From contig NC_085847.1 of NCBI RefSeq assembly GCF_035594765.1, positions 7,316,001-7,380,000 of the forward strand: a stretch of 64,000 bases of DNA, written 5' to 3'. The stretch's first letter is position 1. Each line of letters opens with the position of its first letter. This document shows, piece by piece, positions 24,101 to 37,197 of this stretch. This DNA comes from Anolis carolinensis. Lineage: Eukaryota. The notes beneath the pieces were generated by a model. That model made no database searches and was not told the origin of the DNA. It saw nothing but the letters and a program-made list of their open reading frames with translations. Made by a program: the position numbers and the translations under genes.

Positions 24101-27100
24101 TCAAGAGCCATCTAGTCTAGTCCCCTCCCAATGCAGGAATCTATTGCTAAAGCAGCCCTGACAGATGTCCATCTAACGTCTATTTAGAGACTTCCAAAGA
24201 GAGCCTACCACCTTCTAAGGTACAACTCTTACCATTGGGAAGTTCTTCTCCATGTTTAATTGGAATTCTGTTAGAAAGGATGTGTGTGCATTTGATTTAC
24301 CTACATATAGTTAGGCTTCCTTTCTGTAGGAGAGTCTTCCCTAACCTAGCACCCACCAGATGTTTGAAATGCAGCTCCCATCTCCACCTTGTTTGCCCCA
24401 AGACTAGGGTCATAGATGAGAACAAATACATCATTTCGCCCTTTCCCTTCAACACAGATGGAGGCAACTATGACTTGGTCAACGACACGCACAGCCCGGC
24501 TGCTGGGGACTGCTATCCTCAACCAACCTGTGGAAGACACAACTGGGAAATGAATTACCAAGAGTCGGCAATCTACCTCCAGGTAGACTGTGTTGGGTAA
24601 ACCTATTTGTTGGCATTACAGAAGCTCACCGGGAGACAAAAGTGTAACAGTCAGCTGGTTGGAAAATATTTTTACATTATGCTATGTACCTGTAGTATAC
24701 CTACATAGGAGGTCTTATGTTGTTGTTGTTTGAAAACCTTACACTAGGAAGGAGCGAACAATGACAAGTTTCTCACGCACCCCAAGGATGCCAAAGCGCT
24801 GGCTGCCTACCTCTTTGTACACAACCATCTCTTCTACCTAATGGAACTGAGCACGGCCCTGCTGCTCCTGCTGCTGTCCCTTTGTGAGGCCCCTGCCGTC
24901 CCCATGCTCCGCCTCGGCATCTACGTACGTACCTTGAGGATAGGATGGAGGAGGGTCTGAATGGCCAGGAGTAGAAGCTACTTGTGTTTTAAAATGCCTT
25001 AAGCTTTTGCACATAGATTAGCTCTAAAGTTGGAAAGGATGGCTCAGTTTGCTGCTACTGTTGGACAGGGAATAGGGAACAGGACTCGGCCATCCTCTAT
25101 GTAGCTCTTTAAACTTCCTATTGTAGCAAACGGAATTGCAGGTGTTAAAATCATCTCTTTTTTTGGCTGTTTGATCCCAGATCCATGCAACCCTGGAGCT
25201 GCTTGCCCTCACGGTTGTAGTGTTTGAGCTCTCGATGAAAATGCGGTGGCTGGGCTTCCACACTTACATCCGGCACAAAAGGACCATGGTCAAGGTGAAG
25301 CTCTGGAACCTTCGTGATTCCAGTAGTGCAATCCTAAATGTTTTTTACTTAGAAACAAATGCCACTGACTGTACTGAACCCTGTCTGTTGTACCTGAAGG
25401 TTGTAACTCCTTGTTTGCCTTTTTAATATCGTCTAGAGTTGACTGGATACTCCAGTATAAAAATATTTGGGTTTCGAACATTGTATCCCACACCACTTCC
25501 TGCTTTGGTGACAACAGTTGCAATACATGTTGCATTGTTGCATGTATTTATATCATGACTAGTTTGTGGGGTTACTTTTTTCACAGAATCTCAAATGTAA
25601 TCCTGTTTGTTTTTGCTTGCCTTGATGCAGAAGCAAAAACACTGTGCAAGTTGATACTTTGTGCTTCTGGTCTCACAAAGCTGGATTTTGCTTGCAATGG
25701 CTGCTGCCTTCACTGCCTCCTTCCTTTGCAGACCAGCGTCTTGCTGCTGCAGTTTGTGGAGGCGATTGTAGTGTTGGTGCGCCAGACGTCCCATGTTCGC
25801 ATCACGAGGGCCCTGCGGTGCATCTTCCTGGTCGACTGCCGCTACTGTGGTGCTGTCCGAAGGTGATGGGGCTAGGATTTTCTGGGCTTTGCCTAACACT
25901 TCTGATGTTTCTCTTCCATGCAAAATGCTACTAAACGTTTTTTCCCCCCCGCTTTCTGTCGTAGGCCTAATGCATGTTGAGTGTATAAGATAGACATCCT
26001 CAAACTGTGGCCCTTCATCTGTTTGGGCCTCCAACTCCCAGAATTCCTGACCATTAAACAAACTGGCTAGGGCTTCTGAGAGTTGGAAGGCCAAACAGCT
26101 GGAAAGTTGCAGGTTGAGAATGCCTGGTCTAAGATAATATGGTAAGCAAGGTTAGCCAGTGGTGAGGAATGCTGGGAGTTGAACTCCAACAACATTTGAA
26201 GGACCACAAGATTCCCACACAAGCAAAACCACTGTCACACTTTGAGCTGTTGTATCCAAGTGAATTATGGTTGCCTTAGACAGACATTTTTCTTGGTGGC
26301 AGGCTGATCTTGAATCCGGCCACAACAAAGCTTTTCTATCTCGATGCAGGCTGGCCCCAAGGTAGAGAGATGAATGCCTTGCCATAGTACTCAGGGGCCT
26401 CTTCAAATTCCAACTATTGTGAAAGATTGGGAGCGGAGATGTCTCAAGGCTAGAGAGTCTATTTTGAGAAAAGCTGTGTAAGATAAACAGTTGGGGAGCT
26501 CTAGTTTGACATGAAGAGAATGATCCTCCCAAAGGAAACAAAAAGCAGAAAGCGGCCTTCCACGTTGGTAGTCTGGGCATATGCGCATGAGGGTCTACTA
26601 ATTCCAATTTTGATCATTTTGATAGAGGTGTGTTTGAAATTGGGTGCCTTCCTTCTGCCTTCTAATACTCTGCTGTCACTATATTGTCACTATATAGATA
26701 ATTTCAAATGGACTTTGAATAGAGGTTCTGCCGCATTTAGGGTAAGAGTGGCAATCTTTACTCCCCCCCCCCCCCCATAACAGTAGGAAGTGACACAACT
26801 TCTTGGATAGCAAGTGAATCCAGCATTTAGTCAGGCCAAGCAGTTGTTTATGGGAAGAACAGTTACAGCGATGGCTACTAATCCATTCTTCCTTTCAGGA
26901 ACCTGCGGCAGATCTTTCAGTCCCTTCCTCCATTCATCGACATTCTCCTTCTCCTGCTTTTCTTCATGGTCATCTTTGCTATCCTTGGTATGTACCTGGA
27001 GTATTTCCTCCCCATGGACTTTGGGATAAGGGAAGGGTTGTGTGATAGCCACATAATTCATGCAGTAGTTGCAGGAAGAGCTGCTTCACATGTGTACTGA

Positions 27101-30100
27101 TTTTTCTTTAAATTTATGTTGCTATCACCCATGTTAACTGATACATGCCAAAGGGACTGCAGCCAAAGCGAGGCCCGTTGGAAAACAAGAAGGGAGCATT
27201 GACACACTCAGAGACACTCCCAAGGTTTGCTGTAGTGCAAAACAACTTTGAGGCGGGAACGGGACTTAAAGGAACAATAGCAAAGTCACACTCCAATCCC
27301 CTCTGAATCAATCATGCTGAGGAAAAAATTCCCTCTATAGTCACCATAGGTCAGAAATTACTCAAAGGGACACAATATCAACAGCATTGTTGCGACTTAG
27401 TTCCCAACTGCTTGAATGTATTCTTCCCTTACCATTCCATTGCTTAATTTCCCCCTTTCTTCTTCCCTCACCATTTTTCTAGGCTTTTATTTGTTCTCTC
27501 CCAACAAATCGGATCCTGTAAGTAAAAGCCTTGCTTTGTGGATACTTGAGTGCTCGCTCTGTGGGAATGGCAGTGAGCAAATCAGTAATATAAGCCCTTT
27601 AAATCAGAAATAGGAGCTCTTTAAAATGAGCCCTGTCTGCATTTTTTGGCTGGAGAACATGGGTGGGGATCCTTCTTCTGCCTGTGGTTGCATTACGGCT
27701 TTTGTTGCTGGAGAGTGTTGTGTTTGGGGAAGGCTTTGGCTGCTGAGTCTGCATTTCTCAAAGGGGTTCCCTTGTGACTTCTCTCGGTCAAACCTAAATT
27801 GCTGAGCTTAAAGGCAGCCTGCTTTCGGCATCTGCAAGACCGAGAAGAAAGTTGCTTAAAACAATGGGGCGCTTATGAACGGAGTCTGGGGCCAATGGCG
27901 TAGTGATAAACATTGAAGGGAAGGCACCTATTGGGATTTCTGTCCCCTGTCACCACCTTAAGACGACGTTCCTTTAGCTTAACAGGTTTTAAGAGTTCAT
28001 TCCAGACCAAACTGATCCTAAATGGTTTGAATTTTGACTCAAAATGCTATGCTATTGTAATAAAAATCTGCCCCTTCCTTCTCTGGCTTCTGCTGTGAGG
28101 CTTAAAGGGAAACCTGAGGGCCATGGCATGCAATGTCCTTGTCCTTGCAGGGAGGAAGTCCAGCCTTTCATGACCTTGTTTTACTACACTATGTACTGAT
28201 ACAGTTTTGAGAGTTGTATCTTTGAGGGTAGGCAACTGTGCTATTTTCTGACAGTTGTTTCTCTCCTGCAGTATTTCAACACCTTAGAGAACAGCTTGGT
28301 GAATCTCTTTGTTCTTCTGACCACTGCAAAGTAAGTAAGTTCATGCGTGTGAACTTTTCAGCCAGTGGTTCCCCACATCTTTGCTTAGAAGGAACTTCTT
28401 TTCAGCTCAGTTGGGAACTTGCTTCCTAGCTGACAGGATTGTGTTTTTTTTAAGAAATATTTTGCGTGATAAGAAAGCCCCACCAATGGTAACGCAAATA
28501 AATGAAACTGGCTTAAGTTTTCTGCCGTAGTGGTATACGACGAAACCAGAGGATGGAAATGACTCCCATTCTAGAGCATGTCCTCCCACAATCCAGGTCC
28601 TAGGGAAGGTTTAAAATTATGGCTTGATTTGACATAACATGGACATGGAACTATAAAATCTGCCTTGTTTGAAGCTAACAGTGTGGTTTCTCTCTTTTGG
28701 GGGCTTCAGTTTCCCAGATGTCATGATGCCCTCTTATGCCCGAAGCCCCTGGTCCTGTGTCTTTTTTATCGTGTACCTTTCCATCGAGCTCTACTTCATC
28801 ATGAATTTGGTAAGTCCCTTGGCTGTATCCTCAAGCCTCTTGTTTCAGTGCTTCACTGCCCATTGCTTTGGATGGACAGACGGGTAACTTTATCAACCCG
28901 GAGCAGCAACAAGGGCAGAAAGTCTTGTGGCGCCTGAAACGCAAGCATTTCTTGCTGCATTGCAATCCACATCTCAGTGTTTCATGGGAGTGAAGGCTGC
29001 CACTGGAAGATGGGGAGACTGGCTCATCTCCTTCTCCTCTTCCTTTAGTTACTTGCTGTTGTGTTTGATACTTTCAATGACATTGAAAAGAGGAAGTTCA
29101 GATCCCTGCTGCTTCACAAGCGGACAGCCATCCAACATGCCTACCGCCTGCTTGTCAGCAAACAGGTATGTGACCCTGCGTGTGGATAGACATGTGCCAA
29201 AAAATGGAGGCATTTCACATCCCTCGGAGTAGGTTATTAACACTTTCTTTAAGCACAACTCTTATGGGCTGGAATTAGAGCTTGGAGGAATTCTTTTTTG
29301 GTCTAGAACTCCTAGAATTCCCAGCTAACATGGAGAATCCTTCAGACACAAGGTCTTCAGATTAGCTGACATCTGATCCTGAACACAGATGATTTGGCAA
29401 TTGCTAAAAGTTAAAAAAAAGTTTAACTTTTAAAAGTTTTTTTTAACCTTTTAAAAATTAAACCACTACTTTCTTTCCAGAATTTTAAAAATGAGGTATG
29501 ATGATAACTGTACATTTTCCTGATGCAACCCATGTGTGGAAATCTTTCCCTTGCTTCTAGAGACCCGCTGGAATCCCCTTCAAGCAGTTTGATGGGCTGA
29601 TGCGCTTTTATAAACCTCGGATGAGCGCTCGGGATCGGTATCTTACTTTCAAAGCTCTGAATCAAAGCAATACTCATTTACTCAGGTCAGGGCGCCATTC
29701 TTTCTTTCTTTGAACTGGAAAAGTTAGCAAAATATCCAAAATGTGTTTCCATGTGCGCCTTGTAACATCCAGTTCTTTATTGAGGACATTTTCTCTTTCA
29801 GTCTGAAGGACATGTACAGTTTCTATGAAGTTGTCGGCTTAAAGTGGAAGGTAAGGCCTTTATGGGGTGCTTGTTTGGTTGGTTTTTTTGGGGCTCCATG
29901 TTTGAAGAGGGTTTGTGGTAGCGGAGAAGGATGCGGAAGGAAGATGGAAGCAGAGAGAAAGGAGAGTAAGGGGAGGTAGGAGACCTCCAAGAAGAGGAGG
30001 CATCTTGCAAAAAATTATTTTTGCTTTTTCTTTGGCACAATTTAAAAAATACAACTCACTGGAGATGGGCGTCTTTATTGAGTGACGCTTTGCGGCGGCT

Positions 30101-32731
30101 TTCCCTTCCAGGCAAAAAGGAACCGGGAGCATTGGTTTGATGACCTTCCACGGACTGCGTTCCTTATTTTTAAAGGTAATGCCCTCCAATTGGAGAGGCC
30201 TTCCTTGAACTACCAGTGACTTCTCTCCTATATGAAAGATTGTTTGATTCCTTACAGGAAGGGTCTTAAATTAAGATTTGAACTCATTAACACTGTTTTT
30301 CTTGTATGTTCCTCCTACCAAACAGGCATTAACATACTGGTGAATTCCCGAGCCTTCCAGTACACTATGTGTAAGTCTTGCAGGCCATTCTTTGGTCCAT
30401 TTGCTGTCCATAGAGCGGCTTTCCCTTAAGGCAAATGGAAAGATCGGGACCTTTTAGTAGCATGAGGAATGGAGTCCTTGGGAATGCATTGGCAGAAAGG
30501 TGGGATAAAAGCCCAACAGGTCGATAAATTGAGGACTTTTACCTTTGGATCCTATTTGGTTCTGATTAATATATCACATATATATCATATATACCTATCC
30601 CTGGGGAGGTAGGGTGGGATACAAATAAAGTATTACAGTAGAGTCTCACTTATCCAAGCTAAACGGGCCGGCAGAAGCTTGGATAAGCGAATATCTTGGA
30701 TAATAAGGAGGGATTAAGGAAAAGCCTATCAAACATCAAATTAGGTTATGATTTTACAAATTAAGCACCAAAACAATGTTTTACAACAAATTTGACAGAA
30801 AAAGTAGTTCAATACACAGTAATGTTATGTTGTAATTTCTGTATTTATGAATTTAGCATCAAAATATCACGATATATTGAAAACATTGACTACAAAAATG
30901 CATTGGATAATCCAGAGGCTTGGATAAGCGAGGCTTGGATTAGTGAGACTGTACTGTATTATTATTATTATTATTATTATTTTAAAAAAACATAAATAAA
31001 TGGCATCCCAAGGTCAGTGTTTTTACACATCTGGACTATCCTAGACTCTGCTGGAAAGCCATAAAACCCTGATCCTTGGTTGTGTTTTCTAGATACTCTG
31101 GTGGCAGTGAATGGCCTCTGGATCTTAGTGGAAACCTTTATGCTCCGAGGTACATAATCCTGCCTCCTTTTGGGTCTTGCTCCCTCTTCTCCATTGGGAT
31201 GTGGTTTTAAGGCCCCTCTGAGATGTGCACGCTTCGTTTTTCTTCTTCTCTAGATGGAATCTTTTCCCGGGACGTCCCTTGGAGTTACATTGTTTTCCTT
31301 ACAAGTAAGTCTCAGTGCTCACTGTGAGGCCCAAGATGGCTCACAGTGTGGCTTTAAAAAACAGATAGTGCTAACAACCGCGCAAACTTCATTTTTAGAC
31401 ATTTTTCCTTCTTGTGCCAACAGTCTATGGGGTCGAGGTGTTACTGAAGATCACCGGATTGGGGCCTGTGGAGTATCTCTCTTCGGGCTGGAATCTGTAA
31501 GTGTGTTGTCGCACCTTTTTCTGGTTCGGTCTCACAAACTCCCCATTGAAGGACCCTTCCCCTTTTTCTCTTCCAGCTTTGATTTTTCGGTCACCTTGTT
31601 TGCTTTCTTGGGTCTCTTGGCGCTGGCGTTTGACATGGAGCCATTCTACTTCATCGTCGTTCTGCGGCCTCTGCAGTTACTCAGGTAAGTCGATGATCAA
31701 AGGCCTTCAAAGCAAGTTGGAAGTGAAGCTGGGAACGTTCATTTATACAGCGGTCTAGTGGAGAACTTGGTTTGCAAATGGTCTCCTTTGGTGAGGCCAC
31801 ATTAGGGTCCAAAGCAAATGGAGAACAGCCAGGAATCGATATCTGGGTTTCTGGGAGATCAAGATACGGAGCAAATGTACATTTCTCTCTCTTGTCACAG
31901 GCTCTTTAAACTGAAGAAACGTTACCGGAATGTCTTGGATACGATGTTTGAGCTGCTTCCCAGAATGGCCAGGTATAATCCTGAGCTGGATTCCTTTTCT
32001 CTTTGGAATGGAGTGAGAAGAGAGGCTGGGCATAGTTCAGCCCTTTTTTACTTACACTCAGGCATTCCTATTATTATTTACTCATCCAATGAGTTAATTA
32101 GATTTGCATCCTTTCTTTTGCCTGGTACGGAGTCTAACGTCGCTTGCAATGTAGAGGAAAACAAAATGCCTATAAAACCCAATCATGGTATTAAATACCA
32201 CTTTACGTACTATTAAATCAACTATCCAACTGAAAACAGCATTAATTTAAACACTGTAGAAGCCTTCAGAAGGCCACAATGACTCTCCATTTTGTGTCTC
32301 CAGCCTAGGCTTAACCTTGCTCATCTTCTATTACTGCTTTGCCATCATCGGCATGGAGTTCTTCTCAGGAAAAGTCTTCCCAAACTGTTGCAAGTGAGTA
32401 TATCCGCTTTCCCTTCCTTCCCTTTGGAAAAGCAGGTGTAGGGCAAGCATCTGAAACAATGAGCCGGGGAGGAGTTTGACTTTCATGGCCATTGTTGGTC
32501 ATTTTGTCCCTGGTTTCCTCTTCAGCGCCAGCACAGTGGCGGATGCCTACCGCTGGGTGAACCACACCATTGGGAACAAGACCGTGATGGAGGAGGGCTA
32601 CTACTATCTCAACAACTTTGACAACGTTTTGAACAGCTTTGGTAAGGGCCGAAACGCTGCTCCTTTAACAAGTGTATATGAGCATATGTGAGAAATTCCT
32701 GTTGAGTGTGAGGTACAGTGTGTGAGGCCTC

Positions 32732-32778
<47 letters not shown>

Positions 32779-35009
32779 AGTGAGTTAAAGAAGAGAACAA
32801 ATCTAAAATGCTTCCAATTTCTCCGGTGTAAAAAATTAGAGTAATAAAATGGTGTTGGACATCTCAACAGAGGGAACAGCACAATCCAGGTGTCTCAATT
32901 TTTACTGTCTTTGTATCATAGAGATATTTTTTTCTCTTCCTCCTCCTTCCTCCTCTGCCCACCCCCAATTTCCTCCACACAGTTACCCTGTTTGAACTGA
33001 CAGTTGTCAATGACTGGTATATCATCATGGTAAGTAGTTCACCAACATTGCATCAGGGTGGCAAGGCCTGAAGGGATCCCCAACAACCCCCCAAACCATG
33101 TCCATTGCCTTTCCAGGAAGGGGTGACGTCCGAGACTTCGCATTGGAGCCGCCTCTACTTCATGATTTTTTACATCGTGACCATGGTGAGCTCAGTTTGC
33201 AACTGTGACATTTTGTAAATTGACGTTGCTGTACGCGGATAGGCTTCTGGAAGGCACATATGCACACAGTGTCCCCATCTTCCAAACCTTGGGTGGACAG
33301 CAATATACAAATCCCTACATTTTCAAATAACAGTGGTTGAAAACTCCTTATAACCAAGTCCCTGAGCCCTGAAAATCAGTTCAAAAGACATCAATAAAAC
33401 ACCAGATGCTGATGAGCTACCTTTTCCCCATTCTCTTCCCGTTCTTAGGTTGTGATGACCATCATTGTCGCCTTTATACTGGAGGCGTTTGTGTTCCGCA
33501 TGAACTACACCCGGAAGAATCACGATTCCGAAGGTCTGAGGGGCATATATAGGTCTTGCACGTATTCCCACTCTGTGGTTCTCCCAGAATAACTTTGGGA
33601 TGCAACATTTTGGCCATTATCGTTTTCTTTTGTGGGTTTAGGACAAGATTTGAGGGACGGTGGTTAGGAGCAGCAAAGGGCCTGCTTCTGTTGCCTCCTC
33701 ACCCCTCCCTGCCCTATGTCTTTCTCCTCTGCAGAAGACAGTGGCATTGTATTAGAGAGGGAAGTCTCCAAGGAAGAAGTCACCGCCGTAGCAGAGATGT
33801 ATGGAAGATTCAGCAGTGCTTCGGCTGCCGGCCAGCTGCTCAGGATCGTCTCCCAGATGGACCGGCACCAGGTGAGTCTCCTGTCCTGGGTCAGTGACCA
33901 TCCAAGTCTTTTTCTTCCCCTTAAAGGGGGAAGCTTTGGTCCTTGGTCCTTTGTTTTAAACCATTGTATGCTTGTTTTATATCTGTAAGCCGTCCCGAGC
34001 CCCTCTGAGGAGATGGTAGNNNNNNNNNNNNNNNNNNNNNNNNNNNNNNNNNNNNNNNNNNNNNNNNNNNNNNNNNNNNNNNNNNNNNNNNNNNNNNNNN
34101 NNNNNNNNNNNNNNNNNNNNNNNNNNNNNNNNNNNNNNNNNNNNNNNNNNNTGGGGTTGCATTGTCCCGTTCTCTGACTAGTCTGCCTCCTTTTCCTTTA
34201 GCAAACATCTATGCTTTTCTTGGGTCGGCGCTCGAGGACCAAGAGTGATTTAAGTATGAAGATGTATGAGGAAGAGATACAGGTAATAATAATAATAATA
34301 ATAATTTTTATGTTTTGCCCGCCTCTCCTTTTGGCTCGAGAAGGGGCACGACACAGTCAAAGACATTTGTAAAAGCACCGATTCAAACACACATATTAAA
34401 ATACATGACACAAAAGTTGAAACACAATACAAATAGGTGATGTGAAACTAAACACACCCAGATTGGCATGATGTGTGTTGGCTGTTCTAACCGTGTTCCC
34501 AGGCACCCCCCATCCCTTTACCATTGTTCAGCGAGAATCTCCTTGATTGTTCAAGAATCCAAACTCCAGCTTTCTGCCCTCAGCTGTCACTATATGTATG
34601 GCCTTTGGGGCCATCTTTAGCCCAAGGGGAGCCTTTCTCAAACAGGAAATCCCTTCCAAGCTCCTCCCTGATGGAAAAAAATGTCTAAAGTGGTGAAGGG
34701 AAGTATACTTTGGGGGGCATTTTGGGGCAAAACACAATTGTCATTATTTATAGCCTGGTACTTTTTATGCTTCAATGGCCCTGGTGACGTTTTGGAGGTT
34801 CATGAACACACAGTTGTTGCTCTGAGAACCAGTTTGTTGCCGGAAGTGCAATGACTCCTGTTCTTCCTCCTCCTCTCTCTGCTCAGGAATGGTATGAAGA
34901 GCACGCTCGGAAAGAAGAGCGACACTTTCCTTGGCAAGGGGATGGCGAGATGCTTAGCCCCCCGCTGACAGCCCCAGGCCTGCGCCAGCGCTCTCAAACC
35001 ATCATTTAG
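15143..35009 (+). CDS. TPCN1: Two-pore channel 1 (TPC1), 27 coding exons, ~806 aa
   Basis: Exons 15143-15224, 24458-24582, 24748-24924, 25181-25294, 25732-25862, 26899-26987, 27483-27517, 28272-28330, 28710-28809, 29049-29165, 29561-29685, 29802-29850, 30112-30175, 30326-30370, 31093-31149, 31254-31304, 31424-31496, 31577-31684, 31901-31972, 32304-32393, 32526-32641, 32983-33029, 33117-33185, 33449-33533, 33735-33871, 34202-34282, 34887-35009. All are GT-AG and in frame (2421 nt). Motifs: [19 protein letters not shown], filter I TTANFPDVMMP, IIS4 [20 protein letters not shown]-terminal RQRSQTII*. Confidence 0.97.
15611..15933. mobile_element. Tc1/mariner-type MITE
   Basis: Same TIR and TA TSD as 14370-14667. 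Confidence 0.85.
16225..16500 (-). mobile_element. AT-rich retroposon with L2-type tail
   Basis: CCCGCTCTTCTCACCCCGGAGGGGACTCAGAGCGGCTTACAA plus AT-rich body, as at 1790-2050. Confidence 0.65.
30636..30956. mobile_element. Tc1/mariner-type MITE in a TPCN1 intron
   Basis: Same TIR and TA TSD. Confidence 0.85.
32733..32778. repeat. (GAT)n microsatellite
   Basis: About 15 perfect TGA/GAT units. Confidence 0.9.
34020..34151. other. Assembly gap
   Basis: Run of N inside a TPCN1 intron. Confidence 1.
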
Positions 35010-36793
35010 GCCCAGCTGACTCGGCGATACTTCTCCTCTTCTGCAACAACCACTTCTTTCTTCACTTGGCCATCTAGTGTAGCCTGGCAGAAGAACTCCT
35101 CCTGGGACTCTTTGGGAGAAGAGATGTCTAGTTCTGCTTCTGCCAAATCCTGCTGCTGTCCTGATTCCTGCCAGGGACATTGGGGTGGAGGACATTGAAG
35201 GCATGGCTTGGGGAGGGTAGCAAGCCGGATGGAGTTCTGGCTTCAGACTGATGGGAGATGAAGTTTAACCACAGCTTGAGGGCCATCACATTGCCCTCAA
35301 ATGCCTCCATCCAGTACCTAAACCCAACTAGAGTTAACCCACTAAAGTAGTTGGCAAATGGTAAGTGAACTTTTAAAATCCATTCCTTCCATGGGTCGAC
35401 TCTGGTTGATTCTGGATCTAGACCGGGAGAGAGAATCTAACATTCTGACTCCCCTCTGCAAAAAGACTTGTATTCCATTAGGTATAAATGTAACTTCCTG
35501 AAACCGTTAAAACTTGGGGATCTTCTTCACTGCACTCCAGCTGGGAAAGGGAGATATTTCACAGCAATAATTCTTTTTGACAAAGCGATGTTCTGTCAGA
35601 GAGGATGCCCTTGTTTGGCCTCCTCCCTGATTCCTGGGCTCTCTCCCGACAACTCTTTGTGCAGAGATAGAAAGCAATAAAACGAAGAGGGGGGTGACCG
35701 AGTGCCATCGTTCCTTGGTTGGAAACGTGCGCATGGGGGGAGCTGGAGCTCTTTACCTCAAGCCTTTCTCTCCTCAGTTCAATCTGAGCCACCAAAGAAG
35801 GCCACACTTCTCTGCCACGGCTCCCACTTAATTTCCCTTGCTATCCCCAAGCAGAAAAGACTGCTGCAAGGTAACCAGAGAGGTGGGAACAAACCTAAAA
35901 CTTGCCCAGTTAACATTGGCTCAAAATAAATCTAGTCATTTCCAGGTGGGCAAAGTGTAAAGCTCCATCAGCCTGTGTATTCTGGAGGCCAAGGGCTGCT
36001 CCTTTTCCTTCAACCATACTCTAATCCCTGGCTTTCTGGGTCCGAAGGAATTGGTGCCCAGGTACCATGCAGATGCCAAGCGGAAAGCATTGTGTAAGGA
36101 GACACCAGATACCTCCTTGCGTAACATCCAAGCAAATATAACCCTGGTTAAGAGGTGCTCGGCCAGTTCAAGTCCCCAAGAACATTGCCCCTGGTTATTT
36201 TTGATGAGAAATTAATCTTGGTTTCCCTTTTGGTGAAAGGGAAACTCGAGTCTCTCCATTTGCCAGATCACTAACTAGTAGAAGCAAATCTCTGTGTAGC
36301 TTTTTGGGGCCGGTTCATGAGAGATCCAACTTAGGCGAGCTAGTCTTACCATTCCTTTACTCTCACTGCGATCTTAAACTTTGTTACTCCGCGTAGGTAA
36401 GGATGTGACATAGAGGAGCGCCAAGCCAAGATCGCTTCTGGGAACAAAGATCCACATCATAGGAAATCTCTGTAAGGTCTGAAGTCAAGGATTCTTTGGC
36501 CACGTTGCTAACTAATCCAGCTGTCCCTCGATTTGCACTGTATCTTTTTGTGTTTTGTAAAGAATAAGCTAATCCTTAATTCCCGAAGCGACTTCCTTCC
36601 ACTGTCTTGGAGGCCGGAAGGAAAAGCAAGCTCAGTATGGGGCATCCCCTTCTAACCCTTCTCTCCCTTGGACAAACCTTTAACTCCAAAGACAATCATG
36701 GGTCAGGATGAAACCCTGGGTGGGTTTCGTATGTTGGCTGTTGTAATAATGATGTCTGAAACAGTATTATATAGGTGTTTCCAGGCACGATTC

Positions 36794-36799
36794 AATAAA
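36794..36799 (+). terminator. Likely TPCN1 polyadenylation signal
   Basis: AATAAA ~1.8 kb after the stop, with a U/GU-rich downstream element (TTTGTTTTGG ~36830). Confidence 0.5.
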
Positions 36800-37191
36800 C
36801 CTTTGTAAGCATTCCCAAGGCCTGCTGGACTTTGTTTTGGGGGGAGAGGGCACTCGCAAAGCTGTGCCAAAGGATATAGCCAGCCTTTCCTCTACTTCGG
36901 TTTGAAGCCCGTGGTTTATGTTTGGACCTCTTTCAGCTTTTTAGAGCACACTGCAATGTGATGACCAAATTCTCCATCAGGTTTCCCTCTGAGAAATGTG
37001 TCTTAGTTCCATACTCAAGTATGGTCCGGAAAAGCTCTTAAAACAGTTGTTTCTCTTGTATAAGATCCCTTGGCTCACTCTTGGGCTTAGAAATGTTGAA
37101 CTGCACCATATAAGCCATTCTCGGTGCTGAAACCATCTGCAGGTCAACTGTATAAGCACTGAAAACGAAGCGTTCCTTTTCATTTTTTGCC

Positions 37192-37197
37192 TTTATT
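37192..37197 (-). terminator. Likely SLC8B1 polyadenylation signal
   Basis: TTTATT (AATAAA on minus) ~1.9 kb downstream of the SLC8B1 stop, convergent with the TPCN1 3' UTR. Confidence 0.5.

Noticed and set aside
32394-32410. GTATATCC near a TPCN1 donor as a possible U12 site
   Set aside because: The in-frame donor is the canonical AA|GTGAGT, and I found no U12 branch site.
34283-34440. LINE tail abutting a TPCN1 donor, possibly replacing the original donor
   Set aside because: No convincing TSD links the exon end to the downstream AG|GTGATG, so replacement cannot be supported.
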